Counted from the first letter of the stretch, positions 49,200 to 62,364 are shown. The stretch is DNA of 64,000 nucleotides from Lama glama (GCA_028534125.1 CM052818.1:40178001-40242000), one strand, 5' to 3'. Made by a program: numbers and translations. The notes: generated by a model not told the origin, from the sequence alone.

Positions 49200-50690
49200 C
49201 ACTTGCGTCTGATTATCTCTTTTAGCATAGATCTGTTGATAAATTTCTTTTTAATTTTCTTATTTCATATTTTGCCTTCATTTTAGAGTATATTTACTTG
49301 AAAACATAATTATAGATTTTTCAGCTGTTTTCTTCAAGCACTTTAAAGATGTCAATTCATCATCTTCTAGTTTCCATAATTATTTCTAATGAGAATTTGC
49401 TGCTAGTCTTGTTGCTCATTTGAAGGTAAAATGTCTTTTTCTTTTTCCTGGCTGCTTTTGAAATTTCCTTTTTCTCTTTTGTTTTCAGAAGTTCTACTAT
49501 GCTGAACCTAGAGCTTTTTGGGTTTTTTTTTCTTGTTCTTTTCTTCTTCTTTTATTTATTTATTTATCTTTGGTCCAATTTAAATTTTGATTTTTCTTAA
49601 ATTTTGTGTCTTGATGGTTTTTATCAGTTTGGGGTACTTCTTGACCAGTATCTCTTCAAATTTTGTTTCCACCATAATTTTCCCCTTTTCTCGGACTTCA
49701 ATTGTACAATATGTCATATCTTTTCATCATGCCCCGTGTGTCTTTAATGCATTTTTTAATCTATCTTACATCTTTCCTCTGTGTGTGTGTATGTGTGTGT
49801 GTGATATTTGGTAGTAATCTATCTGCTCATCTTCTCTTCTGCTGTGATTAATCTATTAAACTTGTATTTTCAGTTCTTTATTTTCTTTTATATAATCTTT
49901 AGTTCCAGAATTATCATTAGATTATTTTATATATCCTCATTCCCTAGTGAAATTCTTACTCTTGGACATTTTTGTAGCATAGTAATCATAGTCATTTTAA
50001 AGTAAACTTCAAATAATAAATGATCACCTGTTGGTTTGATTTTATTGTCTCTATTTCTTCTTGATTTTGGTCACTTACCCCTGTTTCCTGACAAAATTTA
50101 TTCTTTTTACTTAAATGTCAGACATTGTGAATGAAAAAGTGCAGAAATAATTTGGGACTTGGCTGATTCATCTTTCTCCAATGAGGAAATGGCATTTGGA
50201 GTAGGTACACATCCCCTTAATCCAACTCTGAAACTGACAGGCTCAAGTCTACTCTTTTATGAGGGATGATCTATTACCTGTTTGCCTTTACTCCCAGTGT
50301 GTACTCCTTCAGGGGTCTTAACTGGAAGTGTGAAGCTTTTAACAGGGGCCCATTTTCCTGATAAACTGAGTCTAATTTTTAATCTGCTGTCCTATGAGAT
50401 GGCCAAATACTCTGCTCAATTAGCAGCAACTGCCTGCTCAACTTTTTAGGCTCTTAGACCCATGTCAAGAATATCAAACACCTTAGGTGGGAAAACAATG
50501 CAAAAATTGGGGGTTCACTTCAATGCACTACCTTCTTTCTGGGTTCTGTCCCATCTAGGTAGCCCTGACTGCCATACTGGCTCTCTGGTCCCTACATGGA
50601 TATTTTTTCCAGATTCTCTAGATGCTCTTGGTGGGAGTGTTGGTCTACAATAAGCTACCCCATCATTACTGGAAACAGAGTTCCAGATTC
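49200..50690 (-). mobile_element. Ancient L1ME-type ORF1 and 5' region
   Basis: AGCACTTTAAAGATGTCA..CATCATCTTCTAGTTTCCAT, TTTTCATCAGTTTGGG..TTCTTGACCAGTATCTCTTCAAAT and CCAGAATT; ends CCATCATTACTGGAAACAGA. Confidence 0.8.
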
Positions 50691-50829
50691 CAACTTTGAA
50701 TTTAAAATCTTATAAGCATTCAGTTTTGGGGGGAGGAGAGGAACATACAAATATATTTTGTATATAGAGACACAGAACATTTAGTGCCCAACATTCTGTA
50801 AGAGTAAGTAAATGAATAGAGTACTCTGG

Positions 50830-51565
50830 CAAAATTACAAAAGGGAAAAAACAGCAAATAATATAGGGTGCCAGGTGATTTTCTACATGCTGTACATGTA
50901 TTATTTACTTTATTATTCATAATAATACTATGAGGAATATACTATAATTATCCCTATCTGATGATGAGAAAAGCAAGAGATAGAAAGTCTAAGTCACCTG
51001 TATAATGTCACATACACAGTCACACCTACAAGTTGAACACCAGCACTGTATGCCTTCACAATCCAAGAAATATAAAGAAATTAGTATAAGCAGAAGAAAT
51101 AAGGATGCCTGGAAGAAATTAAGAATTTTGACTAAATGCTGATACTTGGAAGGATCTTTTTTAAAAAACAAAGTTTTAGTGACTGAAAAAATTACATCTC
51201 TTTTTCTGAGTCCAATCATGCTATTTGAGCCTATCTTTAAGAATATTTAAATAATTATAATATGTGTTGATTTTGTTAGATCTCAGATTTTAGAATCAAA
51301 CTCTCCTGACAATAACATATTATTGTCACAGAACCACGTGTAACATTTGTTTGGTGTTTTCTGACTGTTATGCATAGTACTAAGCACTTCAGGTGGGTTG
51401 ACCAGTTTTGTCCTCACAGTTACTTATAAAGGAGGTACCATCATTATCCCCAATTACAGATGAGAAATTCTAAGTTTTGACCTAAAGTATCTTTTTCATG
51501 ATTACCTAGCTAATAAGTAATAAGTGATGGAGTATGAACTCTAGGAGCTCACTCTTAACTAGGCT
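50830..51565 (-). mobile_element. Two MIR elements
   Basis: GTGCCAGG...TATGAGG...ATTATCCC..GATGAGAAA; TACTAAGCACTT...TCCTCACA...CATTATCCCCAATTACAGATGAGAAA. Confidence 0.75.
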
Positions 51566-51589
51566 CCCTCCCACACAAGAAGTAAAAAC

Positions 51590-51860
51590 AAGAGCATGCT
51601 CAATAAAAATTATAATGTGAAGGAACAGAAGTGGGAGGTAGGGTAAGTGCTAAGTTCCTTATATTTTATGAAAGAACATCAATAGATAGTGTTTGAAGAT
51701 AATTTTAAACGCAGAAATAAATCTGTAAACTTATAATAACTAGGGAAAGTAAAAAACAAATGTTTAAAAGCAGTTGCCTCTGGAGTATGGGATGATGGAA
51801 AAGAGTAGATAAATTATCTTTTCAGTTTATACCATTCTCATCTGTTTTCAAAATTTGTAG
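51590..51860 (+). mobile_element. HAL1-like 3' end fragment
   Basis: GTGCTAA.TTCCTTAT.TT..AT...TCAATAGATA.TGT...TTAAAAGCAGTTGCCTCTGG. Confidence 0.5.
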
Positions 51861-51950
51861 GCATCACAGACAGAAAAAGTGAGATAAAAAGAGAGAAATT
51901 ATGCTATAGTAATGCTGGGAGGTTATATTCCATTGAGAGCATATGTCCTT

Positions 51951-52618
51951 TTTTTTCTTTTTCTTTTATATATATATTTTTAAATTGAAGTATAGTCAGT
52001 TTACAATGTTGTGTCAATTTCTAGTGTACAGCACAATACTTCAGTCATATAGGAACATACATATATTCGTTTTCATATTCTTTTTAACCATAAGATTGTG
52101 AATATAATTCCCTGTGCTTACAGTATAAATTTGTTGTTTATCTATTTTATATATAGTAATATGTATCTGCAAATTACGAACTCCCACTTTAACCCTTCCC
52201 ACTCCCTTCCTCCTCAATAACCATAAGTTTGTTTTCTATGTCTGTGAATCTGCTTCTGTTTTGTAAATAAGTTCACTTTTCTCTTTTTCTTGGTTCCACA
52301 TATAAGTGATATTATATGGCATTTTTCTTTCTTTCTGGCTTAGTTCACTTAGAATGACATTCTTCAGATACATTAATGTTACTGCAAATGGCATTATTCT
52401 GTTTTATGGCTGAGTAGTATTCCATTGTATAAACATACCACAACTTCTTTATCCAGTCATCTGTTGATGAACATTTAGGTTGTTTCCATGTCTTGGCTAT
52501 TGTAAATAGTGCTGCTATGAACATTGGGGTGCATGTATATTTTTGAATTAAGGTTCCCTCTGGATATATGCCCAAGAGTGGGATTGCTGGATCACAGGAT
52601 AAGCCTATTTTTAGTCTT
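51951..52618 (-). mobile_element. Lineage-type L1, 5'-truncated (ORF2 C-terminus, 3' UTR, poly-A), with TSD
   Basis: ORF 52345-52731 contains DPAIPLLGIYP...TCTPMFIAALFTIAKTWKQPKC...WIKKLWYVYTMEYYSAIK (L1 ORF2p C-terminus). TSD TTGAGAGCATATGTCCTT (51933-51950) vs TTGAGAGTGTATGTTCTT (52619-52636). Confidence 0.96.
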
Positions 52619-53189
52619 TTGAGAGTGTATGTTCTTGATTGCTCTTGGCCACATTGCAAACAATAATAATAGCCTTCCCACTGGAGAAAGCCTGTGGTAC
52701 TGACTGGTGCCACCTGCGAAGGAGGCTTCATAAGTCTTTCTAATTCTATTCCAATGTTACAAAGCCCACATGCCCTGAGAAATAAGCCCTATTAAACCAT
52801 ATCTGCTTTATCCATTATCAAGATTATATTTTGACCTTGAAATTTTCACTCTTTCTGTTCTCATTTCTAACAGGTTTAGAACTTGGGTGAAAAAAGGTGT
52901 GCTTTCTGATGAGTCTCCAGGCACACACTAACACATTTAACAAGAAAAATAATTAAGCATAAAGTTGAAAGAGAGGAACAGCGCTGAATCATTTTACAAT
53001 TCCTTAGCACACCTAAAACATCGTTAAGATGCTTGAAACCATTTGATACCTTTCCTGGACTCAAATACAATAGTTCTAGGTGGAGTGAAAGCAAATTTAG
53101 AGTCTGGAAAACGACCAAGCTTGGATTTCAATCTTTTTTAGTCATTCCATGTCTCTTGACTTCAATTACGATTGGATAAAATGCAGAAG

Positions 53190-53620
53190 ATGTTTCACTC
53201 ACTGTTCCGCAAAGTGTAACCCATTACCAGCAAAGGCCCCAGGATTGCTGCACTCAGTCCTGTTTGGGGGGAGCGCTTGCAAAGAGGTAACAATCCTCCT
53301 GAGAAGCTTGCTGAGTCCTCACAGCTCAGTCACAGCTTCACTGCATCCTCCTGTCAACAAAGCAAGTCATCTCCATTTTCATGGGCTATTTCTGGGGCGG
53401 GGTGGGGGCTGTTGGAGGGGAAGGAGGACGTGGGGCGGGGGAAGAAAAAAAAACCCACCTTGGGATCCCTTAGGTCCCAAAGCAAAGAGAACTTGGAGCT
53501 CTGTTGTTTTTCTTGAACAAGGCCTCCTCTTTGCACTTTTCCCACTCTTTGCCAAGGTGCTGGGAAATGGTAAAGCTGGGACCGGCCGGCCAGCTCCAAG
53601 CAATCTTGCCTGACAGCCCA
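53190..53620. promoter_or_regulatory. GC-box and G-tract-rich element, candidate promoter or enhancer
   Basis: GGGGCGGGG at 53394 and 53432; seven G-tracts in 53383-53441; non-repeat flanks. Confidence 0.45.
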
Positions 53621-54796
53621 GAACCTACTCTAGGATGTGCATTTTACCCAACAGCTGTTTCTGCTTCACTCTAATTTGTTCAGGATTTGGTTGGGACCCT
53701 AGAGTTCACCTTCTGCGAAATATTTGTTAATTTTTGTTTTTAGCCAAGAAAATACCTTTTTCCCTCCCAAAATGAGAACAATTTGCTCTGGGATTGAAGA
53801 TGGATTTGTATTATAGCTGCAGTGGAGATTTGTTCAATTGCTTCATAGCCACATACCCAACACTCACTAATTCCTTTTAACAAGAAAATGGTAAGCAGGT
53901 GGGGTTGAAATCATAGATAAATAAAGAGTCCTCTCCAATCCATTCAGTTGGGTCTTTGTAGAAGGAATTCTACCCAGCTGGCAGTGCACATGCTAAAAAA
54001 TGGAGTATTTTTTTTTAAACCAGCATTAAGAATGGTAGACATGATAACATGCTTATAAAATCTACTCAGTAGACAAGGCTTCAAAACAACATCATTTTGC
54101 TAATTTCTAAAACTCCTTTCCAGATATTACCATCTTCACTTAGAAACTAATTCTTTTCATACACTACCTTTATCTATGTACCTTGGTCTTGTAACAAAAC
54201 ACTTGAACATTTTTGGTAGCAACAACTGTAACCTTGTATATTTTAGACATTTTTTTTTTCCAATGAGAGTAACGGCCTTTGTAAGCCCGACAAACAAAAC
54301 TGTATATGTGAGACCAGCTTCCCCAAAAGGTATAGACTTTCTTTCCTGTAAAATATGTATTTTTTTATATCCTAAAGAAAACATCACTAGATTATTGGTT
54401 AAGAAGATCCTAGGCATCTTATCAGTTCTGAAAAATTTCCAGTGAGACTCATAGATCCCTGAGGCCAAATTACACGACCATTTCCTTTGCCCTGTCCCTA
54501 CAGTCAGTGTTGGGTCGCTATTTGTGAAGGACAATCTAATACTTCTTTTAGCTTGAGTAATATTTTATGGACAGACACACAAACACATGAACACATATAT
54601 AAACTCACAATCTCACGATAGCTGCTTTCTTCCTTACCTAGTATTTAGTCCTGGAAGTGTTTTGTTGTTTTTATTTGTTTTAACTCTTCGTTTCATTATA
54701 AAATAAACAACATGCCATAATAAAATCTTTTCATTACCCTATCAAGGTAAATAAATTCAGATGCCTTCCTAATTTGTTTCCTACAGACCTTTAATG

Positions 54797-55018
54797 TACT
54801 GCTTTCGACATTTTGGACCTGGACATACAGTAAGAAATATACTTTCTACTTTATTCAAAACCAAAACCAAAGTTTCATGAAACCATAGCTCTCTTTGCTC
54901 TTTGTGGTATCGCTCTGATATTTTCTCTTCCATTCCATTCTGGTCTACTTGTGTTTTTTGTTTTTTTGTTTTTAATTTTTTTTAATGCTGGCAGTAACCT
55001 GCAGTTTGAAAAATCTTG
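54797..55018. mobile_element. Charlie4-type hAT MITE
   Basis: TGCTTTC...ACAGTAAGAAATA...AAAGTTTCATGAAAC...CTCTGATATTTTCT...AATGCTGG...CTGCAGTTTGAAAAA. Confidence 0.75.
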
Positions 55019-55808
55019 CCCCATGGGAACTTATCTTTGCCTCTACATCTCCTAAATTGAATATTTAAGTCACCCAACCTATCTCACTCTATTTTCCCAC
55101 CAGATCTTAAAGAACTCACTGCCAAAGCCACTGCACTGAAAGGCAGAATTTTATGAGGTCTCTCTGTCTCCTTAACATCAAAATTCTAACCTGGTGTCCT
55201 AAAGTTAGCCATGCCCATCTTCAGTCCCACTTCACAGTCAGGCCCCATCCCGTCCCACTTTGTATTAACCACGCAACTTCTGTATTTCCTGCTGAACCGT
55301 AATTTCCAATGTGCAAAGAATTGTATCTAATTTGGTTTAATTTTTTTTTTCTCCTGCTCTCTTACTTTTCTTCTAACACAGTCTTATTCATCCAGGAGGT
55401 ACTACATATATTAAAAAAAAAACTTAAGGAACTTTTAAAAATTAAACCAATGTATCTATAACTTCCATCTTCAACTGAATAATATCTAATTCAGTCTCTT
55501 CCCACAAATCCAATTTGACAAACAATTTGTGAGATTTCATTCCCAGATCTACTAAATCTCCAACAAAACAGATCTGTTTTCACTTTGAATTAAATGCTTC
55601 CAAACCTCTAGCTCTGTCTTTTCCTAGACAAGCACTTCCTAGATAGATGAATGTAAGACCAGGATACCCCAAGTCCTACATCAAATCATTAGCACAGAAC
55701 TTGGTGTCCCAGATGCTGACACTACTCTAAAGGGAATCCTGAGCTTCTCATTCCATGCCGCTGTTTCCTTACGCCCCAGACTTGCCCTCAGCTAATTTCC
55801 ATGCTTTT

Positions 55809-58800
55809 TCCTTTTTTAAACTTTTTATTGTTTTTAAAATAAAAATTGTATATATTTAAGGTATACACATGATGATGTGAAATTTAATCAAATCACATAG
55901 TGAAATAATTACCATAGTCAAGCTAATTAATGCACATAATTACACTTGTGTGTGTCATGACAGCACCTGAAATAATACCTTATGCCCAGTATTCAAAATG
56001 GTATTAACTAGAATAATCATGCTGCATATTAAATCTCTAGACTTAATCATCCTGCATAACTGCAACTTTGTACCCTTTCCCCAAACCCCCCCCCCCCAAC
56101 TCCTGGTAACCATCATTCTGCCCTCTGCTTCTATGTATTCAGCTTTTTCAGACTTCACACATAGGTGGGATGCAGGGTTTGTTTTTTTTTTTCTTTCTTT
56201 CTGTATCCAGCTTATTTCATTTAGCATAATGTTCTCCAGGTTCATTCACGTTGTTGCAAGTGGCAGAATCTCCTTTTATTAAGGTTGAATAATATTTCAT
56301 TGGACACTTATATACCAGACTTTCTTGATCCATTCGTTCATTGAGGATACTTAAGACTGTTTCCATATATTGGCTATTGTGAATAATGCTACAATGAAAA
56401 TGGGTGTGCAGGTTATCTCTTCAAGATACTGATTTAATTCCTTTGATTATATAACCCAGAAAATGGATTGCTGAATCATATGGTAGTTCAAATTTTAGTT
56501 TTTTGAGGAATCTCCATTTTGTTTTCCATAATAGTTGCACCAGTTTACATTTCTACCGACAGTGTACAAGAGTTCCCATTTCTCTACAACCTTACCAACA
56601 TTAGTTAGCTTTTATTTTTATTTTTATTTTTGATAATAGCCATCCTAAGAGGTGTGAGGGGATATCACATTGTGGTTTTGATTTGCCTTACCCTGATGAT
56701 TAGTGATGTTAAGCACTTTTTCCTATACCTGTTGGCCATTTGTCTGTCTTCCTTGGAAAACTATCTATTCAGGCCCTTTGCTCATTTTTTTAATCAAGTT
56801 GTCTTGTTACTATTGAGTTATGAGACTTGCTTATATTTTTTGATATTAACTCCTTACGAGATATATGATTTGCATATATTTTCTCTGAATCTATTAAGTT
56901 GCCTTTTCATTTTCTTGATGATTTCCTTTGCCATACAGAAGCTTTTCAGTTTGATGCAGTCCCTGCTATTTATTTTTGCTTCTGTTGCCTGAGCTTTTGA
57001 TGTCATATCCAAGAAATTATTGCCAAAGTCAACATCAAAGAGCTTTTTCCCCTTTGTTTCTAAGAATTTTATGGTTTCAGGTCTTATGTTTGAATATTTC
57101 ATCCATTTTGAGTTGATTTTTGTGTATGATGTAAGTAAGGATCAAATTTCTATCTTTTTTATGTGGATATCCAATTTTCCCAGGACCATTTAATAAAGTG
57201 ACTATTATTTTCCCATTGGGTATTCCTGGCTCCCTTGTAAAATATTAGTTGACTGTATATGCATGGGTTTATTTCTGGGCTCTCAATTGTGTTCCATTGG
57301 TCCATTTTTATGCCAGAACTATACTGTTTGATTATTATAGTTTATAATATAATTTGAAATGAAGAAATGAGATGCTTCCAACTCTGTTCTCTCTCAAGAC
57401 TGCTTTAGCTGTTCAGGGTGTTCTGTGGTTCTTTACAAATTTTAGAATTGGTTTTTCTATTTATGTGAAAAATGCCATTGTAATTTTGATAGGATTGCAC
57501 TGACTCGGTAAATCACTTTGGGTAGTATGGGCATTTTAACAATTTTAGTTCCTTCAATCCACAAATATGGGATATTTTCCCACTTATTTGTGTCTTCTTC
57601 ATTTTCTTTAATCAATATATTACAGTTTTCAGTGTACAGATCCTTTACTTCATGGTTAAATTTATTATCCCTAAGTATTTAATTTTACTTTTGCCTTTTT
57701 GATTTGGATTATTTTAATTTACTATCTTCTTGTCTTACTGCTGTTGCTAGTACTTCTAGTACTATGCTGAGTAGAAGTAATGAGAGTGGGCAGTCTTACC
57801 TTGTATGGGATCTCAGAGGAAAAGTTTTAACTTTTCCCCCAATGATAATGATATTAGCTGTGGAATTTTCATAAATGGCCTTTATTGTGTTATGGAAATT
57901 TCCTTGTATACCTACTTTGTTGGGAATTTTTATCATGAATGAATGTTGAACTTTGTCAAATGTTTTTAGTGCATCTACTGAGATGATCAAGTGGTTTTTA
58001 TCATTCATTCTCTTAATGTGGTGTATCACACTGATTTATTTGTGTATGTTAAACCATCCTTGCATCCCAGGAATAAAGGCCATTATGATCATTATGTATG
58101 TGTTGTTGAATTCAGATTGCTAGTATTTTATTGAGGAATTCTGCACTGATATTTATCAGAGATATTTGCTTATAGTTTTCTTATCTTGTGGTATCTGTCT
58201 GGCTTGGGTATTAGGATAACACTAGCTTCACAAAATGAGCTTGAAAATATTCTCTCTACTTCTATTTTTGTGGAAGAGTTTAAAAAGGGTTAATATTAAT
58301 TACTCTGAATGTTTGATAGAATTCAGCCATGAAGCTACCTGGTTCTGGGCTTTTCTTTGTTGGAAGGTTTTTGATTACTACTTTAATCCCTTTATTTGTA
58401 GTTGATCTGTTCAGGCTTTCTATTTCTTCTTAATTCAATACGGGTGAGTTGTATGTCTCTAGGATTTTATCTGTTTCTTCTAAGTTATCCAATTTGTTCA
58501 CATATAATTCTTCATAACACTCCCTAATGGTCCTTTTTTAATTTCTGATGCATCTGTTATTCTGATTGTATTTATTTGAGTCTTCTCTTTTTTTCTTAGT
58601 CTAGCTACGTGCTTGTTAATTTTATTTTTTCAAAAACACAACTCTTAGTTTTGTTGATTTTTTAAAATTGTATTTCTGTTCTCTACTTGATTTAGATCTG
58701 CTTTGATCTTTATTATTTCCTTCCTTCTGCTAACTTTGGTTTTAGGTTTTTTCTTATTTTTATAGTTTCTTGAGGAGTAAAGTTAGGTTGTTTATTTGTG

Positions 58801-58857
58801 ATCTTTCTTATTTTTTAATGGCAGCAATTATCACTATAAATTGAGTATGTTGAACAT
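55809..58857 (-). mobile_element. ~3-kb 5'-truncated L1 (ORF2 RT to 3' UTR), decayed, with TSD
   Basis: ORF 57796-58029 IHHIKRMNDKNHLIISVDALKTFDKVQHSFMIK is the L1 RT domain. ORF 56854-57102 NIRPETIKFLE...[10 protein letters not shown] is ORF2. 3' UTR and poly-A lie near 55810. TSD CTAATTTCCATGCTTTT (55792-55808) vs CTAATTTACATGCTTTT (58858-58874). Confidence 0.96.
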
Positions 58858-59189
58858 CTAATTTACATGCTTTTCCCTCCCTGTTTCCCCTCTTTTTCCA
58901 TGATGACCACCCCATTCATACCCCACATCCTTCTGAGGAAGTCCTGGCCACTTTCTTCTTGCAGTTTTCCCTGGTTTTCAGTCCCCATTTACCCATATAT
59001 GCACTCTGACTTAACATGTTTGGTGTCTTCTGTAAATTTCATGCCCATTTCACTCCTTCCCCATGATATAATTTATGAACCGGTCTATTTTCCCCCAATA
59101 TTCCTCCATCTACATACTTATATACTCCTGAGATTTCCCTAAGATAAAGTATTTCTTACATTACTTAGTTTGGTTTTCCAGAAACCTTT

Positions 59190-59821
59190 AAAACAAAGCT
59201 GTGGTAATATATACATAATATTTACCACCTTAACCATTTTAAATGTACATTTTAGTGGTATTAACTACATTAATATTGTGAAACCATCACCACAAACCTT
59301 TTCCAGAACTATTTTTATGGCAAATCTGAGGCCTTATGTCCACTAAACAACAACTTCCCATCCTTCCTCCTACTAACCCTTGACAACCACCAGTCTACCT
59401 TCTGTTTCTATGAATTTGACTACTCTAGGTACCTCATTTAAGTGGAATCATACAGCATTTGCCTTTTTGTTTCTGGCTTATTTCACTTAGCATAATGTCC
59501 TCAAGGTTTGTTCATATTGTAGCATGTGTGAGAATTTCCTTCCTTTTACAGCTCAAAAATATTCTATAATATGTATATACCATGTTTTGTTTATTCATTC
59601 ATTCACCAATAGACAGGTTCCTTCCTCCTTTTGGCTTCTGTGAAAAACACTGCCATGAACATGGGCTTACAAATATCTTTTCAAGTCCCTGTTTTCAATT
59701 ATTTTAGGTATATACCCAGAAATGGAATTGCTGGCTATGGTATTTTTTATATTTTTAATTCTTTTTTTTCCCTTTGGAACTGCCATATTATTTTTCAAAG
59801 TGGCTGCACCATTTTATATTC
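59190..59821 (-). mobile_element. L1MB/MA-type 3' end
   Basis: TTTACCACCTTAACCATTTTAAATGTACA...TTCTATGAATTTGACTACTCTAGGTACCTCAT.TAAGTGGAATCATACAG...TATATACCCAGAAATGGAATTGCTGG; possible TSD TTCCAGAAACCTT / TTCCAGAGCCCTT. Confidence 0.92.
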
Positions 59822-60284
59822 TTCCAGAGCCCTTCTGAATGATGCCTAATATTGACTGAGGCTTAGTCAATGTTCATTTAATTTTATCAAATCAAATCAT
59901 TAGTCATCCAAATTAATGTTGAAATGTACAAATAACACGTTCTTTTGAACTATTTGGTAAGGCTTAAAGGTTAAAAATCTGCACTAGTGTTTGTGACTTG
60001 TTTGCCAATAACCATACATCACACTGGATGTCATTTCTATTATTTCAAAATCATAAAAGTCAGAAGGCATAAAACAGTCTTATTTGTATAGAGATCTTGT
60101 TGCCTCCATACGCAGTGAAGCTTCTACCTTAATCACATGGCAAGTGAACAAAGATTAGACTTAGAAAACAGAAAAGAACTATCTCAATCCAATAAGATCA
60201 GAAGATTGGCTTAGATGGTCCCAAGCAAGACCTAATACTGATCTCTAAGCCTAGAGAGACTCTTCATCCTGCTATTCATCAATC

Positions 60285-60610
60285 ACTCCCAAACAACAGA
60301 GGAAAGTCTAGGTAAATTATGGTGCACTTGCACAGCACAAAAGTCCGTGGTTTCTTGCAGGGGCATTTGTAATGTCATTTAATGATATGGGAAAGTGATT
60401 ATGCTAATTATATTAGGTGAAAAATCAAAATAAATTGGTTGTCATAAAATATGATCTTAATAGTGCAAAAAAAAACTAGACATAAAAATAACCAGAATGA
60501 AATATATACTTGTTAATGACTAATTTTATCCTATTTATACATTATGTAAAGCACCGATTTTCTTCAAATGAGTACATATTGCTCTTCTAGTAAAAATGTA
60601 TATTTGAGAA
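60285..60610 (+). mobile_element. Old L1ME-type 3' fragment
   Basis: AACAGAGGAA...GTAAATTATGGT...ATTTAATGATATGGGAAA...TATTAGGTGAAAAA. Confidence 0.5.
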
Positions 60611-62364
60611 AAAAATATCTATATGTGGGAGTCACTGGAGCTGTAACAAAAGGCTGAATCCATGGGAAAAAACTCATTCAGAAGAAGAGTAGCATGTTGC
60701 TCCTAAAGAGATGGTAGTAGCCGTGCTCCCTGTGCTCAGAGCACCAGGCAGTGTGAAGGAGCACTGAGGGATGCGGGCTGTGCGTGGGGATGGGGCTAGC
60801 TGGTGGCTGGCCAAAGGTTAGAGGGGAAGGAGGAAAAAGTTATCTGTTCCTAACCTGCCCCACGGTTGCATCCACTTACCTCCACCCCAGCACTCTCCCT
60901 CTCACTTCCCCATTCTTTATTCATACAGAGGCAGCAGGCATGAAGACCAACATTATAAGTCACCTCTCCAGAGAGCGGCTCTCTTAATCAAAACCAAAGT
61001 CTGAATCTAGACTAATGAAGGCCAAAAGATCAGATTCCAGGAGTCAGTATTCGCTCAAGTACTTAATGAAAAATCCAGTTTGTGTGAGGCATCCACCTCA
61101 GAGATGAAAAGCTCAATAAAACTCCCCGAAAGAACTCATAGTCTGTTGGGGGTGAAGTCTCTCTTCCAGAGGCTGGGGGGATACAAGAGAGGTACCTGCC
61201 CTCATGGAACTTGTCCTACATAGATCTCAGCCCTGGTAGAGCCTCACTCATCAGTATGTGAACCTCAGTTTAGGTTCTGGTAAAGCAAAGTCAGAATTTA
61301 CTGCCTACAGCTTGATTGCGCATGAGCAGTGGTCATGGTTAAATGAGATCAGCTAATTTGATAGAGGAGAGAAACCACAACTTTTATGGAATGATGGGAG
61401 AAGTTTCTAAACTTACATTAATGTTCCTTTGGTCATGGCTGGAGAAGCCAAAGTGCAGGGCTGAGAAGCATCTGCAATGTTTTTCTAGGCAGCCAGTCTG
61501 TTTAAGAGACTTCTCACAGTCATTAAAGCAAACATCAGATTCTCCATACCACACCCTTCAATCTGGCAGAGAACTCTGAGCTAGGCCCAGCAGGGCCTGA
61601 CCCCTGAAAATGATGCTGTTTAAGCCCTCTGATATCAACACTGTCTCTCTGGCCAGACTCATTTGCCAAAGCCTTCAACATGGGCATACTTAACCTACGG
61701 ACTTACTTACATAAACTACTTTATCCAAGAAGTAAAACTAAATGGAAACAGGCATGTTGTGTCTGCGTTTGTATATGTGATGTGTGTGTGTGTGCGTGCT
61801 ATTATGGATGTGTGCAGTCGGAACCTAACTCATATTTATCCATGGCTCTATGTTTATCTATGACAGGCCTATGGGTACTGTCTTAACTAATAGAGTAACT
61901 TCCAATTCCATGAGATACCCAATCAGAAAAAAATGTCTCAGCAGCCTAAGAAAAACAGCTAGAGGAAGAAAGGATAGAGGAACGTTAAGAACAGTAAGAA
62001 AGGTGCAGGAGAGAATAGAGGAAAACGAAGAGGATGGTGTTTCCAAGTTTCATTAAATCCACTCCCCTCACTGTAGGCATTTTTCTTAACCAGCCATACA
62101 TTTTGGTCAGCATTGCCAGAAGCCACAGAAAGACAGTGACTAGCCAAAAATGCTTGACTCCACTGTGCTAAGAAATGATCTGGAGTGCCTGGGATTTCCT
62201 GCCCGCTGGCCCTATTGAAACCTATTAAATCTCTCTTCTGAATTTTGGTGTTCTCACTGGGCTAAAGCATGGAGAGGGCAGGGCCAGGATCTTATTCATC
62301 ATTTTGGCTACTGGATGATGGTTTTGAGAGAGTAACACTTGTCAGGCCCTCAGCTAATGATATA

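Noticed and set aside
54157..54534. 125-aa minus-strand ORF in AT-rich DNA
   Set aside because: No recognisable homology, it runs through an A10 homopolymer, and splice signals are weak
52345..58029. ORFs with real protein similarity (RT and ORF2p C-terminal motifs)
   Set aside because: They are frameshifted fragments of dead L1 copies, not host genes or active elements
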